A stretch of 62,365 nt of DNA, counting the filler. It is 9 parts of 9 records of this genome, joined end to end, with 100 filler letters (N's around TTAATTAATTAA, not from the genome) between each part and the next. Parts side by side here need not be neighbours in the genome. Positions count along the whole stretch, not along the records: positions 57,206 to 62,365 come from DRR723986_36884; 8 more parts are not named here. The stretch is one strand, 5' to 3'. Numbering within the stretch: the first letter of the stretch is position 1; every line of letters starts with the position of its first letter. A model generated the notes under the pieces. It was not told where the DNA came from. It worked only from the letters and a program-made list of their open reading frames with translations, and made no database searches. A program made the position numbers and the translations under genes. Below, in pieces: positions 58,556 to 62,365 of the stretch.

Positions 58556-61500
58556 CTATTCAATAACCATCAGCAAATCACCCGCTTCAACTTGCGAGCC
58601 GGACGTGACGAGTACTTCTTTGACCTCGCCGGCCGCCTCAGCCGAAATGGTGGTCTCCATTTTCATCGCTTCAAGAGACAGCAGTTTATCACCTTGGTCA
58701 ACTTTTTCACCCGCCCCGACTGCAATTCCGATCACCATTCCTGGCATGCTTGCCGCGACGTGCGTCTTGTTGCTCGGGTCTGCCTTCACCGCCTTAGCCG
58801 CTGTGCTTTCGAGTGACTGGTCAATCACTTCCACTTCGCGTGGTTGGCCGTTCAGTTCAAAGAAGGCGGTTCGTGTGCCGTCGGGCTTGGGTTCTCCAAT
58901 CGCCAAGAAACGAACAATGAGTCGCTTCCCCTCTTCGATGTCGACCGAAATCTCTTCGCCGGATTCCATACCGTAGAAGAAATAGGGGCTTGGAAGGATG
59001 CTGACGTCACCGTAAGTCCGCCAGAAGCTAACGAAATCCTCGTAAACTTTCGGATAGAGCACACTGGTCACGCATTGGCGGTCCGTGGCCGTGGTGCCCA
59101 GCAGAGGTGTAATCTCTGCCCGGGTAGCTTCAAAATCAGCCGGTGGCAGTGATTCGCCAGGTCGTCCGGTGACGATGGGGCGGTCACGCAGGATCGCTTT
59201 CTGTGCCGATTCGGGGAATCCACCCGGTGGTTGCCCCATCATGCCGCCCAGCAAATCGACGACCGAAGCAGGTGGGCTGATGTCGCGATCTGCATTGCGC
59301 ACGTCATCGACGGTCAAGTCACCAGCGACCATGAAGAGTGCCATATCGCCAACAGCTTTCGAAGTTGGCGTTACCTTGACGATGTCGCCGAACATCCGGT
59401 TCACTTCGGCGTAAACGTGACACACCTCTGTCCAGCGGTCGGCCAGCCCAAGTGCGCGTGCCTGTTGATACAGATTCGTGTACTGGCCTCCTGGCATTTC
59501 GTGTTCGTAAAGATCTCCTCCGGCGGCCAGGGCTTCAGACTCAAACGGCAGGTAGAACTCGCGAACGCTCTTAAAGTAGCTTGAAAGATCGGTGAGTGCT
59601 TCCGTGGAAAGCTCGCTTGCACGTGGGCTAAAACGGAGTGCTTCGACAAGCGTATTCAGGTTAACTTGGCTCGTCCCGCCCGACATGGAGCTAAGAGCTG
59701 CATCGGCGACATCCAGGCCTTCGTCGGCAGCGGCCAAAATTGACCCCGCTTGAATGCCGGCCGTATCGTGCGTGTGAAAGTGGATCGGAATCCCAATCTC
59801 TTGCTTGAGAGTCTTGGTCAGGATCCGAGCTGCTTCCGGTTTGCAGAGGCCCGCCATATCCTTGATGGCAAGCATGTGGGCTCCAAGTTTCTCAAGCTGC
59901 TTTGCCAGGTCGACATAGTATTTCAGGCTGTACTTTTGACGACTTGGGTTGAGAATGTCGCCGGAGTAACAAATCGATGCTTCGCAAATGCCGCCACTAT
60001 CCAAGACCGCTTCCATGGCGACCTTCATGTTTTCGATCCAATTGAGGGCATCGAAAACGCGAAAGACATCCACTCCGGCGTCAGCCGCTTCCTTGACGAA
60101 AAGCTTGACGACGTTGTCTGGATAGTTCGTGTAGCCAACCGCGTTGCTCGCCCGCAGGAGCATTTGGAACAGGATATTCGGGCACTTTTCCCGCATCTGA
60201 ACCAATCGCTGCCAGGGGCTTTCCTTGAGGAATCGCATCGATGTGTCGAAGGTCGCACCACCCCACATCTCAAGTGAGAAGAACTGTGAAGCGTTTCGAG
60301 CGTACGCTTCGGCGATTTGAAGCATATCGTAAGTTCTCAGGCGGGTTGCCAACAACGATTGGTGCGCGTCACGCATCGTGGTGTCGGTCAACAGCAGCGA
60401 CTCTTGATCCGAAACCCACTTGGCAAAGTCTTGCGGCCCGAGCTCTTTGAGTAAGTCACGCGTGCCCTTCGGCAAATCGGCGGAAGAATCAACTGGCGGA
60501 ATTGGAGCGGGTTCGCGCCGCGTCGCAACTGATCGGTCTTTGACAAGTTCGTTTCCGTTGACGACAAGATTCGCCAAGTACCGTAGTAGCTTTGTCGCCC
60601 GGTCGCGGCGAGCAGGCAACTGAAATAGATCGCTGGTGTTGTCGATCAGACGCGTCGTTGCATTGCCCGACAGAAATGTTTCGTTGCCGATCAATCGAAT
60701 CAAGAACGGTATGTTGGTTTTTACACCGCGGATGCGAAACTCTTGCAAGCAGCGTTCCATCCTCGCCGCCGATTCACTCAACGTGCGACCTCGCGCGGTT
60801 ACCTTCACCAGCATGGAATCGTAGAATGGATTCACCGACGCACCGCTGTACGCACTGCCAGCGTCCAAGCGAATGCCCAGGCCAGCGGCACTGCGATAGT
60901 GCGTGATGCGACCGTAATCGGGCCGAAATTGGTTTGCCGGATCTTCGGTTGTAACGCGACACTGCATCGCGAATCCGTTCACCGACACCTCGTCTTGGAC
61001 TGGCAGGCCCACCGAAGCATCTCCGAGTTTGTGCCCCATCGAAACCAGGATTTGAGCTCGGACGACGTCAATGCCTGTGACTTCTTCAGTGACGGTGTGC
61101 TCCACCTGAATGCGCGGATTCACCTCGATGAAGTAAAACTTCTCTTCGTCGGTATCGTACAGAAACTCAACCGTTCCAGCGGCGCGATAGCCGACGGCGT
61201 TACCAATTGCCAGGGCGGCTTGGTGCAGCTCGTCGGCAATCTTAGGCGACAGGTTGGGAGCCGGAGCTAGCTCGACGACCTTTTGGTGACGCCGCTGTAC
61301 TGAACAATCCCGTTCATGCAGGTGAATGAGGTTGCCATGTCCGTCGCCTAGCAATTGGACTTCAAGGTGTCGGGCACGACGGACCAACTTTTCGACAAAG
61401 ACCTCGTCACTTCCGAAGGCATTGAGCGCTTCACGTTGAGCGGATTCGAGTGCCGGAAGAAGCTCGTCCTCCTTCTCGACGACTCGCATTCCTCGACCGC

Positions 61501-62002
61501 CGCCCCCCTTTGCAGCTTTCAACATGACGGGATAACCCATCTTAGCGGCCAGCTTCTTCGCTTCATCGCCGCTGGTGACAGCGTCTTTGCTGCCCGGCAG
61601 AACAGGGACTCCCGCTTTAATTGCAATGGCCCGCGCGGCCGTTTTGTCCCCCAGTTGATCCAGCGCGGAGACATCCGGGCCGACGAAGGTTATCCCCGCC
61701 GCCTCAAGAGCTCGGGCGAAATCAGGGTTCTCGGACAAGAAGCCATAGCCTGGATGCACGGCATCGATATCGTACCGCTTACACAGCTCCACGATGCCAT
61801 CGATATCGAGATACGAGCGAATCGGCTCACCGGGTTTTCCGACCTGATAAGCTTCATCGGCCTTGAAGCGGTGCAGTGCAAAACGGTCTTCGTGGGAGTA
61901 GATCGCAACGGTGCGGATTCCCAGTTCGTGGGCGCTGCGAAAGACTCGAGTAGCAATTTCGCTTCGATTGGCTGCGAGAAGTTTCTTGATTGGGCGGCTC
62001 AT
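58556..62002 (-). CDS. pyc: Pyruvate carboxylase
   Basis: ANRSEIA, HPGYGFLSE, GGGGRGMR, RDAHQSL, HTHDT, biotinyl EAMKME. Confidence 0.98.
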   Translation of the reverse strand: MSRPIKKLLAANRSEIATRVFRSAHELGIRTVAIYSHEDRFALHRFKADEAYQVGKPGEPIRSYLDIDGIVELCKRYDIDAVHPGYGFLSENPDFARALEAAGITFVGPDVSALDQLGDKTAARAIAIKAGVPVLPGSKDAVTSGDEAKKLAAKMGYPVMLKAAKGGGGRGMRVVEKEDELLPALESAQREALNAFGSDEVFVEKLVRRARHLEVQLLGDGHGNLIHLHERDCSVQRRHQKVVELAPAPNLSPKIADELHQAALAIGNAVGYRAAGTVEFLYDTDEEKFYFIEVNPRIQVEHTVTEEVTGIDVVRAQILVSMGHKLGDASVGLPVQDEVSVNGFAMQCRVTTEDPANQFRPDYGRITHYRSAAGLGIRLDAGSAYSGASVNPFYDSMLVKVTARGRTLSESAARMERCLQEFRIRGVKTNIPFLIRLIGNETFLSGNATTRLIDNTSDLFQLPARRDRATKLLRYLANLVVNGNELVKDRSVATRREPAPIPPVDSSADLPKGTRDLLKELGPQDFAKWVSDQESLLLTDTTMRDAHQSLLATRLRTYDMLQIAEAYARNASQFFSLEMWGGATFDTSMRFLKESPWQRLVQMREKCPNILFQMLLRASNAVGYTNYPDNVVKLFVKEAADAGVDVFRVFDALNWIENMKVAMEAVLDSGGICEASICYSGDILNPSRQKYSLKYYVDLAKQLEKLGAHMLAIKDMAGLCKPEAARILTKTLKQEIGIPIHFHTHDTAGIQAGSILAAADEGLDVADAALSSMSGGTSQVNLNTLVEALRFSPRASELSTEALTDLSSYFKSVREFYLPFESEALAAGGDLYEHEMPGGQYTNLYQQARALGLADRWTEVCHVYAEVNRMFGDIVKVTPTSKAVGDMALFMVAGDLTVDDVRNADRDISPPASVVDLLGGMMGQPPGGFPESAQKAILRDRPIVTGRPGESLPPADFEATRAEITPLLGTTATDRQCVTSVLYPKVYEDFVSFWRTYGDVSILPSPYFFYGMESGEEISVDIEEGKRLIVRFLAIGEPKPDGTRTAFFELNGQPREVEVIDQSLESTAAKAVKADPSNKTHVAASMPGMVIGIAVGAGEKVDQGDKLLSLEAMKMETTISAEAAGEVKEVLVTSGSQVEAGDLLMVIE

Positions 62003-62203
62003 CCGTTTTCCGTGGTCGCAAGAAAGGGGCTTGGGGCTGAGGAGTCTGTCAGAATTGCAAGTTTTGAGTCATAGCTGGACGCGTCATAGCGGACGCATAG
62101 TTTACCCTCGCCGCATCCCCCGTGTGAGCCTGGTTGCTCACGTGTGATAAAACAGTTCAGAATTCGGGCTCCGAACGGCGTTGCCGTTGACGGTATTTGC
62201 CCA

Positions 62204-62365
62204 GTAGGGCGTGCTAACGGAGCATTACCCAGCAAGTGACCTGATTTGAGCCGCGACGCGTCAGCGGCCGGGCAACGCGAGCGGTGGCTTGCGGTTCCAG
62301 TGGTGCACCGCAGTACCGTCAGCGACGGTTCTACCCAATCAGCCGCAACGCGCGAGCGTGCGGTT
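62204..62365. repeat. Cluster of REP-like palindromes, including two GTAG-headed hairpins in inverted orientation
   Basis: GTAGGGCGTGCT-AACGG-AGCATTACCC (+, 62204). GTAGAACCGTCGCTGACGGTACT (-, 62312-62334). AGCCGC-type elements at 62249 and 62341. Confidence 0.65.

Noticed and set aside
1-62365. Apparent horizontal transfer or functional linkage between adjacent blocks of very different GC
   Set aside because: The blocks are separate contigs joined by artificial N/TTAATTAATTAA spacers, so adjacency across spacers has no biological meaning.

Overview
This window is not one genome. It is nine short contigs joined by identical 100-nt artificial spacers (N44-TTAATTAATTAA-N44), as in a concatenated metagenome assembly. 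Taxonomy below is inferred from gene content and composition. (1) 1-6668, Actinobacteria-like: ettA, tesB, hypothetical, truncated globin, MscS, pepN. (2) 6769-12961, low-GC Bacteroidota: WG-repeat protein, secreted TPR-CHAT protease and a lipoprotein, bounded by perfect 30-bp inverted repeats. (3) 13062-18087, Rhodobacteraceae-like: photolyase, class V aminotransferase, BCCT transporter, GNAT. (4) 18188-30225, Bacteroidota housekeeping: yhhQ, rnz, STAS, purC, MORN-repeat protein, thiolase, Bat-like genes, TonB receptor. (5) 30326-37484, alphaproteobacterial accessory region after ureG. (6) 37585-43034, Bacteroidota metal-uptake locus with a Fur-family regulator and four TGCAA-N5-TTGCA boxes. 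(7) 43135-49366, Roseobacter-like core genes from etfB to tuf. (8) 49467-57105, FCB-group: two TPR-LuxR regulators and a T9SS cargo protein. (9) 57206-62365, Planctomycete-like: pyc and an acidic hypothetical protein. Two signals stand out. First, two unannotated leaderless leader peptides share the same layout (TAT-TAT Tyr-Tyr, 4 codons, TAG, then alternative hairpins). One lies upstream of a prephenate dehydrogenase and the other upstream of a GNAT acetyltransferase, which suggests a tyrosine-sensing ribosome attenuator. Second, recurring 28-bp 11-6-11 palindromic sites with a GGGCTK core separate unrelated gene modules in contig 5, like a dif-type cassette system. All assignments were made by eye and no searches were run.
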